From Pristiophorus japonicus (taxonomy: Eukaryota), in the NCBI RefSeq assembly GCF_044704955.1, contig NC_091982.1, positions 254,138,001-254,202,000 on the forward strand: a stretch of 64,000 bases of DNA. Direction: 5' to 3'. Made by a program: the position numbers and the translations under genes. Below are positions 1 to 11,542 of this stretch, one piece after another (positions within the stretch are counted from its first letter, which is position 1; each line of letters starts with the position of its first letter). Under the pieces are notes generated by a model. The model did no database searches, was not told the origin of the DNA, and worked only from the letters and a program-made list of their open reading frames with translations.

Positions 1-929
1 ATACTAAGTTAGGTGACAGTGTGAGCTGCGAGGAGGATGCTATGATGCTGCAGAGTGACTTGGATAGGTTAGGTGAGTGGGCAAATGCATGGCAGATGAA
101 GTATAATGTGGATAAATGTGAGGTTATCCACTTTGGTGGTTAAAAACAGAGAGAAAGACTATTATCTGAATGGTGACAGATTAGGAAAAGGGGAGGTGCA
201 ACGAGACCTGGGTGTCATGGTACATCAGTCATTGAAGGTTGGCATGCAGGTACAGCAGGCGGTTAAGAAAGCAAATGGCATGTTGGCCTTCATTACGAGG
301 GGATTTGAGTACAGGGGCAGGGAGGTGTTACTAAAGTTGCACAGGGCCTTGGTGAGGCCACACCTGGAGTATTGTGTACAGTTTTGGTCTCCTAACTTGA
401 GGAAGGACATTCTTGCTATTGAGGGAGTGCAGCGAAGGTTCACCAGACTGATTCCCGGGATGGCGGAACTGACATATCAAGAAAGACTGGATCAACTGGG
501 CTTGTATTCACTGGAGCTCAGAGGAATGAGAGGGGATCTCATAGAAATGTTTAAAATTCTGACGGGTTTAGATAGGTTAGGTGCAGGAAGAATGTTCCCA
601 ATGTTGGGGAAGTCCAGAACCAGGGGTCACAGCCTAAGGATAAGGGGTAAGCCATTTAGGACCGAGATGAGGAGAAACTGCTTCACCCAGAGAGTGGTGA
701 ACCTGTGGATTTCTCTACCACAGAAAGTTGTTGAGGCCAATTCACTAAATATATTCAAAAAGGAGTTGGATGTGGTCCTTACCACTAGAGGGATCAAGGG
801 GTATGGCGAGAAAGCAGGAATGGGGTACTGAAGTTGCATGTTCAGCCATGAACTCATTGAATGGCGGTGCAGGCTAGAAGGGCCGAATGGCCTACTCCTG
901 CACCTATTTTCTATGTTTCTTTGTTTCTA
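1..929 (+). mobile_element. CR1 LINE 3' portion (ORF2 RT C-terminus + 3' UTR), continues off the left edge
   Basis: ORF 106..831 carries the CR1 motifs RDLGVMV, LVRPHLEYCVQFWSP, RGHSLRI and FTQRVVNLW. The 3' tail is TTTCTATGTTTCTTTGTTTCTA. Confidence 0.95.
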
Positions 930-2561
930 TAAGCCCCTGATCGCAATCCTCCATCCAAAGTCCCCAGTTCCAACATTAGTTGCAGCCCGAATGCAGAGAT
1001 GGGCTTTGATTTTGTCAGCATATACATAAGACATTGAATACAGATGATCAGCTGATGACAGTAATGCTGATGTTATGTCCAGGTTGCAACCCCATTCACA
1101 TTTGCACCCGATAGGGAAGGAGTGTTATATTTTTCATACGTGGATGAACTGCCAATCACAGCTGAAGAGATTGGTAGAGCAATCAAACGTGGCCCAGTTA
1201 TGTCAAAGGTGTATGATTATATTGCAAATGGATGGCCAAACCAGGTAATAGACAAAGATATTCATCCATTCTTCATTCGTAGGAATGAATTATCAGTCGA
1301 TAAAGATTGTATCATGTGGGGTGCAAGATGGTTAATACTAAATAAATTCAGGTTCAAATTATTAGGAGATCTCCATGACTAGCACCTGGGAATGTGCTTG
1401 GCCAAGATTTTTGCAAGCATTTACTTCTGGTGGCCATGTCTTGATAAAGATCTAGAGTACATTGTCAGTCAGTATACGACATGTCAATCGGTAAGCAACC
1501 ACTATCAGTACCATTACAGTTATGGAAATGGCCTCCCAGGGTCTGGCAAAGGCTACAATCGATTTTGCTGGGCTAGAAGGACAACAATTGTTCATTGTGA
1601 TTGATAACCATTCGAAGTGAGTCCAGATATTTCCAATGTGGAAAATATCAACAAGTAAAACATTAGACATTTTGCGAAGATTATTTTCTTCATTTGGTCT
1701 CCCAGAAGAAATGGTTTCTGATAATGGACCACAATTTCGTTCACAAGAATTTGCACAGTTCACGAGCAAAAATGGTGTGAAACATACCAAGGTTCCACTG
1801 TATCACCCTGCTTCAAATGGTGCAGCAGAGCGCACTGTACAAATTGTAAAATGTGCCCTCATCAAACAAGATGTTGGATCCAAATCCAAAGAAACGACCG
1901 CAAATTGGCTAATTTTCTAATTACATAATTCCTCTCACAACTACTGGCAGATCAGCAGCAGAGTTATTTCTCAAACGATAGCCACGAACCAGATACTCGT
2001 TGTTAAACCCAAACTTGGCAGAGTCTGTCACAATTAAGACAGAAAGAGAATCATGATAGAGGTAGAGTAAAAGAGAGAAGTGTGAAATTAAATCAGAAGG
2101 TGAGAATGAAGAACCATCACCATAAATGGTTAAAGTGGTTACTAGGAAGAGTGGTGAAGATATGTGGTCCTCGCACATATTTGGTTGAGATGTTTGATTA
2201 TAGGTAGGTTAGGTTTGTTCACATTGATCATATTTTACCTACAGATGTGGAAGTAATTGAAGGTGGGAATGATTCAATTATTTCTGACTCATCAGATACA
2301 CCAGTATCATATCCTACATCCAATGTACTGGAAACAAATCCAAGAGAAAGTCAGAGTTTAAGTCTGAGTCCGAGTCAGGCAGACAAACAGTCTGAAGTTA
2401 GAGAGAGTTCAAATGCAAATCAAGGGCATCCCTTGGAGGAAACCTTTCCTCAGGATCAGCGTCGAATGAGTTTAAATTCGACACCATGTTTGGAAGGTTC
2501 TGTTCAAGAGCGAAGGTATCCTCTTCAAAACAGAAAACAAGTGGTTAAGCTTGATTTGTAA
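930..2561 (+). mobile_element. Gypsy/Ty3 LTR retrotransposon pol remnant (RNase H end, HHCC zinc finger, integrase), with stops and frameshifts
   Basis: Translations KPLIAILHPK..AARMQRWALILSAY, LHD*HLGM..FWWP..CQ and SDNGPQFRSQEF..PLYHPASNGAAERTVQIVK. The CR1 copy interrupts it at the (TDH)KPL motif. Confidence 0.92.
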
Positions 2562-2648
2562 ATATAGCAAAATAAATCCAGATCTTTTGTTATGTATAAC
2601 CATGCAGGTGATGTATAATGATTGTTTGTTATAAGTACTTCTTCATTA

Positions 2649-2810
2649 AGGAGGGAGAAATGTATTATGTATAGCTCCACACTGTGGACGCCTGTGGCAC
2701 TGCAGTCAATGCTGTTTATAATAAAGGGAACAGGTCACCTGACTGGTGACTTCTGGAAGGTTCTGCCATCTTAAGGCTGTGTGTGTTTGTGAGTACCTGA
2801 AGATATCACA
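2649..2810 (+). repeat. Polypurine tract (2649-2660) and putative 150-bp 3' LTR (2661-2810) of the Gypsy element
   Basis: AGGAGGGAGAAA lies immediately before TGTATTAT, and the segment ends ATATCACA (TG...CA ends with an imperfect inverted repeat). AATAAA is present inside. Confidence 0.75.
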
Positions 2811-3194
2811 AGTACTAATGGGTTATGGATTTAGAAAGTCAGATTTGATCCATATAATTGCATGATCACTGCAAGTGGCGATGGCAAAACTGGATTCAAG
2901 TTTAATACTCATAATAATTTGTATTTGATGTTCTTCTGCAATTAAATATCTTAATTTCAGCAATTCAGCCTCAACTGTAGCTTCAGAATCACCTTAGATT
3001 ATGTTTATTGACATCCACATAGGTGTTCAGGTCATTAAATAAGTATATTGGCTATACTCTGGAATCATATGTGCCTATAAATATGCTGCCACTTGTCCAT
3101 TGTAGCTCCCACATGCAGTGTTAACAATTGGCAGTGATGTGCTGCAGGGCTGCACAACGTAACCTTGGAAGGAGACATAAGCCTGTTTCTGAAT

Positions 3195-3545
3195 TAGAAA
3201 CAGCAACAAACCTAGGATCCGGAACAGAACCGTTGTTGGAAAACATGCAGTCAATTTGTGTGCAGCAAGGTCCTACAAACAGCAATGAGATAAATGATAA
3301 ATTAATCTATGTTGATGGTGCTGGTTGAGGAATGAATCTTGGCCAGCACACCAAAATAATTCAACTGCTCTTCTTCAAATAGTGTCATGGGATCTATTAC
3401 ATCCACTGAAATAGGCAGACATGACCTTGGTTCAATGTCTAACCTGACAATGCAGCACTTCTTCAGTACTGTATGAAGTGTCAGCCAGGATTAGGGCTTA
3501 AACCCATGACCCGCTGACTCAGAGGCAAGAGTGCTGCCAATGATC
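3195..3545 (-). mobile_element. DeuSINE (SacSINE1/AmnSINE1-like), degraded
   Basis: The reverse complement has a tRNA-like head (CTCTTGCCTCTGAGTCAGCGGGTCATGGGTTTAAGCCC) and the Deu core GGATGTAATAGATCCCATGACACTATTTGAAGAAGAGCAG. It is similar to 42432-42812. Confidence 0.75.
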
Positions 3546-4906
3546 TGTGCAGTTCGTTATGTATGACCTGTCTTCATTAACCCAAACGTGTTTCAGCTTT
3601 GATTATTCAAGTTAATTGTCTTTACACAGAAATTCAAAAGCTAGTTCCTCCAATTACATCTTTGACATCCATTGTTTAAACAAAAATATTTAAAAAAACC
3701 AATAGCAATAGACAATATCCAAAATGATGTCAAAATTCATAATTTTTTGATTAAAAAAATAAATTCAGATAGCTACACTCTCTCTTTAAAACGATCCTGA
3801 TAGTGACACTCCCTATTTTCATTTTGTCCTTTTACAACAAACAGTACAAAATGGAGCCTTGACACTTGTGACATTTCAGCAGTTTCTGGCCTTGTCCCTG
3901 GCTCTCCCAAGATTCATCCACTAAGCACTTCCATATGCTTTTGTACATATGCTGACAATTACTAGCTGTGTAAAACTTACTTCTGGAATACATTCCGTTT
4001 TCTAACCATGAAATAAATGTGGGAAGAATATGGGAATTTTTGATGAGTGGTTGTATTAATAATTTCTTGCTGTGCCTACTGCCATTGATCCCACCATTTC
4101 CCGAAAAATAGTTTGGAGCATTCCTTTTTTAAAACAATATCCTAAATGGTATTTTACTACTGAAGCAATTTTGTTGTTTTAGATTTATTACTATCATAAA
4201 AATTGGCCATAAGATTATTACATATTTTTAAAAGCGCATTCCATACCAGTCACAGTCTAGACCATTAAAGCCCTCCTTTACAGTATTGTTTCTCACAGTC
4301 ATATTGGGAGCATGTAAACCTGTGTGCTTCTGTGTGTGGGGAACACGTCTGCTCATATAAATTCTCTATTCATGAGGAAACCATGAATATAGCTGTGACA
4401 ATTTAAGCACTTTTGTCTACAGTTTAGCTTGTACCCTTTATTTCTGTTGCAGTTATCCAAGAGGTTAAAAACTTGCTTCACACAGAAATCATGTCTCAGC
4501 TTGACGCAATACATTGGTATGACAAGGAATTGGTTGCTTTGCGGGCAGTTACTTTAGGGAGGAGCCAAGCCACTCAATTCAAGTACAATCGTGCTATGTC
4601 CAGATTGGCACCTTTTTGAGTTAAGTGGACAGTTGTTAAATTCTGCTTGGTAAAGATATATCAGTCTGTGTCACATCACTGAAATGATCTGGAGCTTTTG
4701 AAGTAAGATTTGAAGTGTATGTGTCTGAAATTTTGAAGAATGTTAACTAGCCAGATACTTCCACAGCTGATGAAAGGTTAAAATTTAAACTACATATAAA
4801 AATGAATCAAAATTTAGTTGGTGATACAAGTGGCGGGAAAAGTTTGACTTGATAAATATTAAGAGAATCATACAACATTTAATTGGCTCAAGTGTAAATT
4901 TTACTA

Positions 4907-5214
4907 CAAGTTGAACCTATCTTATCCGGCACCCTCGGGACCTGGTCTTTGCCGGATAAGAGGATTTGTCAGACGACGGGAAGTCACACCGACCCTCGAC
5001 TTACCCGGTCCTGATGGAGAGGAAGTCTGCGCTTGCAGCAGTGGGAGTGTCGCAGTTCCGCTGGCGTTGCTTCTGCTCTCATGCTCAGGAAGTGAACAGT
5101 GAGCATGCAAGACGAGTTCTGCGCATGCACACTGCCCCCCCCCGGGACCGGGAATGATGCCGGACAAGGGAGGCTGCCGGATAAAAGAGTGCCGGAAAAG
5201 AGAGGTTCAACCTG
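4907..5214. mobile_element. Tc1/mariner (pogo/Tigger-like) MITE
   Basis: TIRs CAAGTTGAACCTATCTTATCCGGCAC and (reverse complement) CAGGTTGAACCTCTCTTTTCCGGCAC, flanked by TA at 4905-4906 and 5215-5216. Confidence 0.88.
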
Positions 5215-5849
5215 TATAGTTTACTGCTACTGGATCACTTAGGTACAGTTTGAAGGATTAGGTACTATGTTGTGTATGTCTAATGTAAATAAAGGCCTAA
5301 AGAGGGAGGGCTGTGCCACTATAAAAATAGAGAAAGCATGTCAAACTTAGCGTGGGTGATTGTGGGTGCAAAGTACTCATGGCTAGCTGGAAACCAGAAA
5401 GCTGCCAGAAAACATGTAAATAAAGTTATGTTTTGGAAATCTCTTGCATCTGAGTCCATTCTAAGAAGAATCCATAACGTATCACGGTGCAAGAACTCTT
5501 GAAATATCGGAAAATATCACATGGATCATTGCATCATACACATAATGAACCAATTCCAAACAAACAGCTTGGTTTGGAAATGAATAAAGTTATTAATTTT
5601 AACTAAATATTAATACAAACCACACAGTACATTATAACCATGTGTACATGATGCGGCACGAAATTATAAGCAAACATTATTGACAAAGCAAATTCCAGTT
5701 AGTTTATAAAAGTCACTGAGTTGAGTTTAAAGGAATTTCCATGGGGACCTGTGATAACTGGCTGTGGATGTACTCTCCAAGTTCTGGTGTCAGCTGCAGA
5801 CCTGTGAAATTGAAGCCAAATCTTCGCATATTGTTCTGGATTAGAGATG

Positions 5850-6250
5850 AGTATAGTGTAGTCATGAATTCAGATCCCTCTGGCAATTTGTGAAATTTAA
5901 ATCAATAAACTTGCTAATTTATGGGCTAGCACCAGAATAATTACATTGAATGATCTAGAATTTACAGCACAGACACAGGCCATCCAGCCCATTAGGTCTG
6001 TGCTGGTGTTTATGATCCAAACAAGCCTCCTCCCAGCCTACTTCAAAAACGGCCATGAATTGTCACTAACGCCCTTCGGGACTTGCCAACGCTACCCAGC
6101 CTGGCTTACATGTGACTCAAGTCCACACTATGCGGTTAACTCTTTTTGCCGGTTAAAGTGGGCCAGCAGACCACTCGGTTGTCAGAACAACTAGGGTTGG
6201 ACAATAAATGCAGCCTTGCCAGTGTTGTTCACATTTTGAGAACATATATT
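5850..6250 (+). mobile_element. Short retroposon sharing its 3' end with the Jockey-group LINE, with a nested CR1-type tail (5957-6040, minus strand)
   Basis: Similar to 43930-44070 and to the LINE end GGGCAATAAATGCTGGCCTTGCCAG. The nested AGAATTTACAGCACAGACACAGGCCAT matches 60191 onward. Confidence 0.55.
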
Positions 6251-6489
6251 TAACAAATCCACCTGTGGACTCGAGGCTCATGAAGTTTCATAACCATCAG
6301 CGAAGATACATGCCTGATTGACAGTGTATGATTAAGTTTATATGGTTAAAGCCTATCACCTTTGCCCAGTTAATTAACAGTTTAACTTCCATGAGGTAAT
6401 TAGATGCAGCATAATCTTTGAAGTCATGACAAGAATTTTTTTTAAAATCATTTGTAGGGCAAATTTAATTCTTTCATTCAAAAAAATCC

Positions 6490-7946
6490 TCGCCCCCTCC
6501 GTTTTGCAAACTACCGCCTCATCTCCAACCTCCCTTTCCTCTCCAAGGTCCTTGAATGTGTTGGCAGCTCCCAAATCCGTGCTCATCTTTCCCGCAATTC
6601 CATGTTTGAATCCCTTGCAATTCGGTTTCCGTGCCTGCCACAGTATCGAAACGGCTCTCATCAAAGTCACAGTGACACCCTTTGTGACTGTGACAAAGGC
6701 AAGCTATCCCTCCTCATCCTTCTTGACTTGTCTGCAGCCTTTGACACAGTTGACCACTCCATCCTCCTCCAACGCCTCTCCACCATTGTCCAGCTGGGTG
6801 TGACTGGTTCCATTCTTATCTATCTAATCGTAACCGGAGAATCTCCTGCAACAGCTTCTCTTCCCACCCCCAGCATCGTTACCTCTGATGCCCCCCAAGA
6901 ATCTATCCTTGGCTCCCTCCTATTTCTCATCTCATCATCATAGGCGGTCCTCATCTACATGTTGCCCCTTGGCGACCTCATCCGAAAACACAGCACCAAT
7001 TGCCACATGTTCGCTGATAACACCCAGCTCTACCTCGCCACTACTTCTCTCGAACCCGCCACTGTATTTGAATTGTCAAATTGCTTGTCCGACATCCAGT
7101 TCAGGATGAGCAGAAATTTTCTCCAATTAAATATTGGGAAGACCAAAGCCATTGTTTTCGGTCCCCACCACAAACTCCGGTCCCTAGCCACTGACTCCAT
7201 CCCCCTGTCTGAGGCTGAAACCCACTGTCTGCAACCTTGGTGTCATATTTGACCCTGAAATGAGCTTTCCACAACATATCCATAGCCATAACTAAGACCG
7301 CCTATTTCCACCTCTGTAAAATCGCCCGTCTCTGTCCTTGCCTCAGCTCATCCTATGCTGAAGCCCTCATCCATGTCTTTGTTACCTCTAGACTTGACTA
7401 CTCCAATGCACTCCTGGCTGGCCTCCCACATTCTACACTACGTAAACTTGAGGTCATCCAAAACTCGGCAGCCCGTGTACTAACCTCACCCCTGTGCTTG
7501 CTGACTTACACTGGCTCCCGATTAAGCAATGGCTCAATTTCAAAATTCTCATCCTTATTTTCAAATCCCTCCACGGCCTCGCCCCTCCCTATCTCTGTAA
7601 TCTCCTCCAGCTCCACAACCCCCTCGAGATGTCTGCGCTCCTCTAATTCGCCCTCTTGAGCAGCTCTGATTATAATCACCCAACCATTGGTGGCCGTGCC
7701 TTCTGTTGCCTAGGCCCCAGGCTCTGGAACTCCCTGCCTAAACCTCTCCGCCTCTCTACCTCTCTTTCCTCCTTCAAGGTGCACCTTAAAACATACCTCT
7801 TTGACCAAGCTTTTGGTCACCTGTGCTAATTTCTACTGATGCGGCTCAGTATACAGTGTCAAGTTTTTTTAATCTCATAATACTCCTGTGAAGCGCCTTG
7901 GGTTGTTTCAGTACATTAAAGGCGCTATATAAATGCAAGTTGTTGT
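6490..7946 (+). mobile_element. L2 LINE, 5'-truncated (RT + 3' end)
   Basis: Translations QFGFRACHSIETAL, LLDLSAAFDTVDHSILL, PQESILGSLLF, MFADNTQLY and FLQLNIGKT. The 3' end is AAGCGCCTTGGG..GGCGCTATATAAATGCAAGTTGTTGT. Confidence 0.93.
6933..6949 (-). mobile_element. 17-bp RTE 3'-tail micro-insertion inside the L2 RT
   Basis: CATCATCATAGGCGGTC sits between CTCATCT direct repeats (6926-6932 and 6950-6956). It matches the RTE tails at 11355-11400 and 33278-33297. Confidence 0.75.
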
Positions 7947-9131
7947 AGGCAGGGATTCCAATTGTTCCTTGCCATTACTCAATAGACATACCAGTAATCC
8001 AGATATAGCAGTCATCTCGGCAATAACAGAATTGTACTTTGATATTTACTATGGTTTCCTTGATGTGCTGTAACAATGGCAAATAGTCAAGCTCTCAAGT
8101 GGAAAGAAACTGTTGGTGGTTGGAGCTATCATGTTTTCTATTATAGACTAAAAGAACATGTTCAGCTGCATTTCTTCAGCTGCAATATTTGCTTCTGGTG
8201 TTATTGTATCTGGTTTCATCTTCAAAGGCTTGTATGATTTTTATGTTATGTCTCAGCAGCTTGTCTGCATACCTAAGTATGGTATCTCGTTGCTGCAGTA
8301 ACTCTGAAGAGAGAGACACACTTCATAAAGGTGTTATATATTAGACCCAAATCCTGAATGAATTCGGAGATTGCAGTTCTGTCAACAGTTCATTGTGTGT
8401 AGCTCTGTCTCGACATTGTCTCCTCTTGTTTTCTGAAGCAGCAAGGAAATGAGCACAATTGCCTCAAATTTATTCAGTGCACACTGATTCCGAACATATG
8501 TCCAGTTTTATTTAGCTATAAATCCAATTTTTCAGCACATTCTCACAATTCCTTTGGTTGAATGGTGAACAGCTGGAGTTTATCCATTAATGTTTATAAA
8601 TGGGTTGAAACCATTCGCTTCATTGATAGCATCTCCAACTACTTAATCCATCCTGTGATTTAAATAATGGTATATTACAATGTCTGGATATTTAGCTTGA
8701 AGGCATTGGCCAACATCTACTTTCCTACCAAACATTGCACGAGCACTGTCACTGGCAAGTCAAAACTAAATCGCTCTGCAAAGATGCGTCAGCAAATCCA
8801 TGACTATCGAGATATTCAACCAAGCTGTCAAAGATAGCTTCTGAGTTTTGATCAAGGTTTTCCAATCGATCCATGAACATGTAGCGAGTCATTTGTTTTC
8901 TGAGTGTAATATCTACTCCAGTAGAACAGTTTTGATGTAGATTTGTCCATGAAAATGCTTAGCAGCAGTTGAACTGCAGGAAATAAATGGACTTGATCTC
9001 GGCACTGGACAGCGCGTGTATTATAGTGCAACAGATATCAGTGACCATATTGCCACGGTGATGCAAAAGAAAATCTACAATCAGATTCAAGCAAGTCAAG
9101 GTAAGATCGCCATTCCTGGCCCAGTGGTAAA

Positions 9132-9245
9132 CAATGTTCCCTCTAAATTTTTGGGGGCTGCGTGGCCCATTCAAAGTTTTGCACATGCGCAAAATTTCAC
9201 ATTTGAAAAACTGGTCCCGGGCTGTGCAGCTTAATGGGAATGTTG
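9132..9245. mobile_element. Small hAT-type MITE nested in the hAT fossil
   Basis: TIRs CAATGTTCCCTCTAA ... TTAATGGGAATGTTG, with a degenerate 8-bp TSD GTGGTAAA / GTAGTAAG. Confidence 0.75.
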
Positions 9246-9771
9246 GTAGTAAGCCATGTGGAAAATCTTTGTCATCAAGTTCAGATGTTTTCAATCTATC
9301 CACACATTTCACCATCATTTCTTTTTTAAATTTTCCTCTAGAAAATTGACTGCTGTCTTGTTGACCAGTTGAACTTTTGTGTTCTGATAACTTCTCCCTC
9401 AGGTTCATGATTGACAATCTCTTGCATTCATGTAACGTGAAATTATCTCTGCTCATTCTCAAGATTTACGTGCTCCAGTTGATTCAGTGCTACAGTCCTC
9501 ACACCCTATATTCTTGTTCTGACAGATTAGTTGAAGATGGACATCATTCTTCAGTATCAGCAGAAAACACATCAATGGCTTTAATATCATCATCAATTAC
9601 TCTTCTGCAAACTCTGCTGCTTTCCTTTCTCTGCCATATTATCTGTCCAACCTGGATAATACGTACTACATGCATACACGTTGACACGTGGCTGGGTTAC
9701 CAACGTCACGCAAGTGAAGTCAACCACTGAATGATTGTAGTAGTTTATGGCCTGGCACAACACACTCTGGC

Positions 9772-10876
9772 TTGTCAGACTGGTTGTCAGACAGGAAGCA
9801 AAGAGTAGGAGTAAATGGGTACTTTTCAGAATGGCAGGCAGTGACTAGTGGGGTACTGCAAGGTTCTGTGCTGCGGACCCAGCTGTTTACATTGTACATT
9901 AATGATTTAGACGAGGGGATTAAATGTAGTATCTCCAAATTTGCGGATGACACTAAGTTGGGTGGCAGTGTGAGCTGCAAGGAGGATGCTATGAGGCTGC
10001 AGAGTGACTTGGATAGGTTAGGTGAATGGGCAAATGCATGGCAGATGAAGTATAATGTGGATAAATGTGAGGTTATCCACTTTGGTGGTAAAAACAGAGA
10101 AAGATTATTATCTGAATGGTGACAGATTAGGAAAAGGGGAGGTGCAACGAGACCTGGGTGTCATGGTACATCAGTCATTGAAGGTTGGCATGCAGGTACA
10201 GCAGGCGGTTAAGAAAGCAAATGGCATGTTGGCCTTCATAGCGAGGGGATTTGAATACAGGGGCAGGGAGGTGTTGCTACAGTTGTACAGGACCTTGGTG
10301 AGGCCACACCTGGAGTATTGTGTACAGTTTTGGTCTCCTAACCTGAGGAAGGACATTCTTGCTATTGAGGGAGTGCAGCGAAGATTCACCGGACTGATTC
10401 CCGGGATGGTGGGACTGACATATCAAGAAAGACTGGATCAACTGGGCTTGTATTCACTGGAGTTCAGAGGAATGAGAGGGGATCTCATAGAAACATTTAA
10501 AATTCTGATGGGTTTAGACAGGTTAGATGCAGGAAGAATGTTCCCAATGTTGGGGAAGTCCAGAACCAGGGGTCACAGTCTAAGAGTAAGGGGTAAGCCA
10601 TTTAGGACCGAGATGAGGAGAAACTTCTTCACCCAGAGAGTGGTGAACCTGTGGAATTCTCTACCACAGAAAGTTGTTGAGGCCAATTCACTAAATATAT
10701 TCAAAAAGGAGTTAGATGTAGTCCTTACTACTAGGGGGATCAAGGGGTATGGCGAGAAAGCAGGAAGGGGGTACTGAAGTTCCATGTTCAGCCATGAACT
10801 CATTGAATGGCGGTGCAGGCTCAAAGGGCCAAATGGCCTACTCCTGCACCTATTTTCTATGTTTCTATGTTTCTAT
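9772..10876 (+). mobile_element. CR1 LINE, 5'-truncated, young subfamily
   Basis: [18 protein letters not shown] and the ORF2 C-terminus, with a (TTTCTATG)n tail. Nearly identical to 1-929 and 26438-27469. Confidence 0.95.
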
Positions 10877-10982
10877 TTGGAGCCAGCCCATCACCAACAT
10901 ATGTAAAATTAGAATAAATTGAATTGATGTACAAAGCATGATTAACTGTTTTAATAATAATTATCAGGAAAAACTAAATAGG

Positions 10983-11353
10983 CGGGGTCTCTTTCCTCTA
11001 GAAAAGAGAAGGCTGAGGGATGATCTAATAGAGGTCTTTAAAATTATGAAGGGGTTTGATAGGGTAGTCGAAGAGAAGATGTTTCCACTTGTAGGGTAGT
11101 CCAAATCTGGAGGCCATAGATATAAGAATAGTCACTACTAAATCCAATAAAGAATTCAGGAGAAAAGTATTTTCTGAGAGAGTGGTTAGAATGTGAAACT
11201 TGCTACCAAATGGAGTAGTTGAGGCGAATAGCATAGCTGGGACACTGAATAAATTTAAGACAGAAATAGACAGTTTCTTGAGCGATAGATAAGGGGATAA
11301 GCGGTTATGGGGAGTGGGCGTGGAAATGGATCTGAGTCCATGATCAGATCAAC

Positions 11354-11389
<36 letters not shown>

Positions 11390-11537
11390 AGGCAGTCCAT
11401 CGGGATCGAGGAAGACTTGCTTACACGCCTGAAGTGAGTTCTTTGGTGGCTGAGCAGTCCATGATCTTATTGAATGGCGGAGCAGGCTCGAGGGGTCGTA
11501 TGGCCTACTCCCACTCCTATTTCTTATGTTCTTATGT
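10983..11537 (+). mobile_element. CR1 LINE 3' fragment(s) with TTCTTATG tail
   Basis: Translates to LEKRRLRDDLIEVFKIMKG. The 3' UTR reads GAATGGCGGAGCAGGCTCGAGGGG..TTCTTATGTTCTTATG. Confidence 0.85.
11355..11458 (-). mobile_element. RTE-clade LINE 3' end with (ATG)n tail, nested in a CR1 3' UTR
   Basis: The minus strand reads GLLSHQRTH (RTE ORF2 C-terminal motif), then GGACTGCCT(ATG)~12. It interrupts the CR1 sequence CCATGATCTTATTG. Confidence 0.75.
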
Positions 11538-11542
11538 ATTTA

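Larger units (their letters stand above)
5770..9620 (-). pseudogene. Fossil hAT transposase related to KIAA1586, split by nested insertions
   Basis: Minus-strand translations in order: LREKLSEHK, TKIFHMAY, IFMDKSTSK, AIFDSLVEYLDSHGF, LASDSARAMFGRKVDVGQCLQAKYPDIVIYHYLNHRMD*VVGDAINE. Left of the L2 it continues GFNHINLII..LSIRHVSSLMVMKLH (hATC-like) and NPEQYAKIWLQFHRSAADTR. Order and motifs match KIAA1586-type hAT proteins as I recall them. Confidence 0.85.

Noticed and set aside
106-831. Apparent repeated gene starting MWINVRLSTLVV (also 10055..10777)
   Set aside because: The N-terminus is an off-frame read-in caused by small indels in CR1 ORF2; it is not a separate gene.
4765-4790. CTGATGAAAGG hammerhead-like start
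   Set aside because: No stem II or GAAA follows.
1-10876. Possible segmental duplication or LTR pair (1-929 vs 9950-10876)
   Set aside because: Similarity ends exactly at the CR1 tail and a third copy is inverted at 26.4-27.5 kb; these are independent insertions of a young subfamily.
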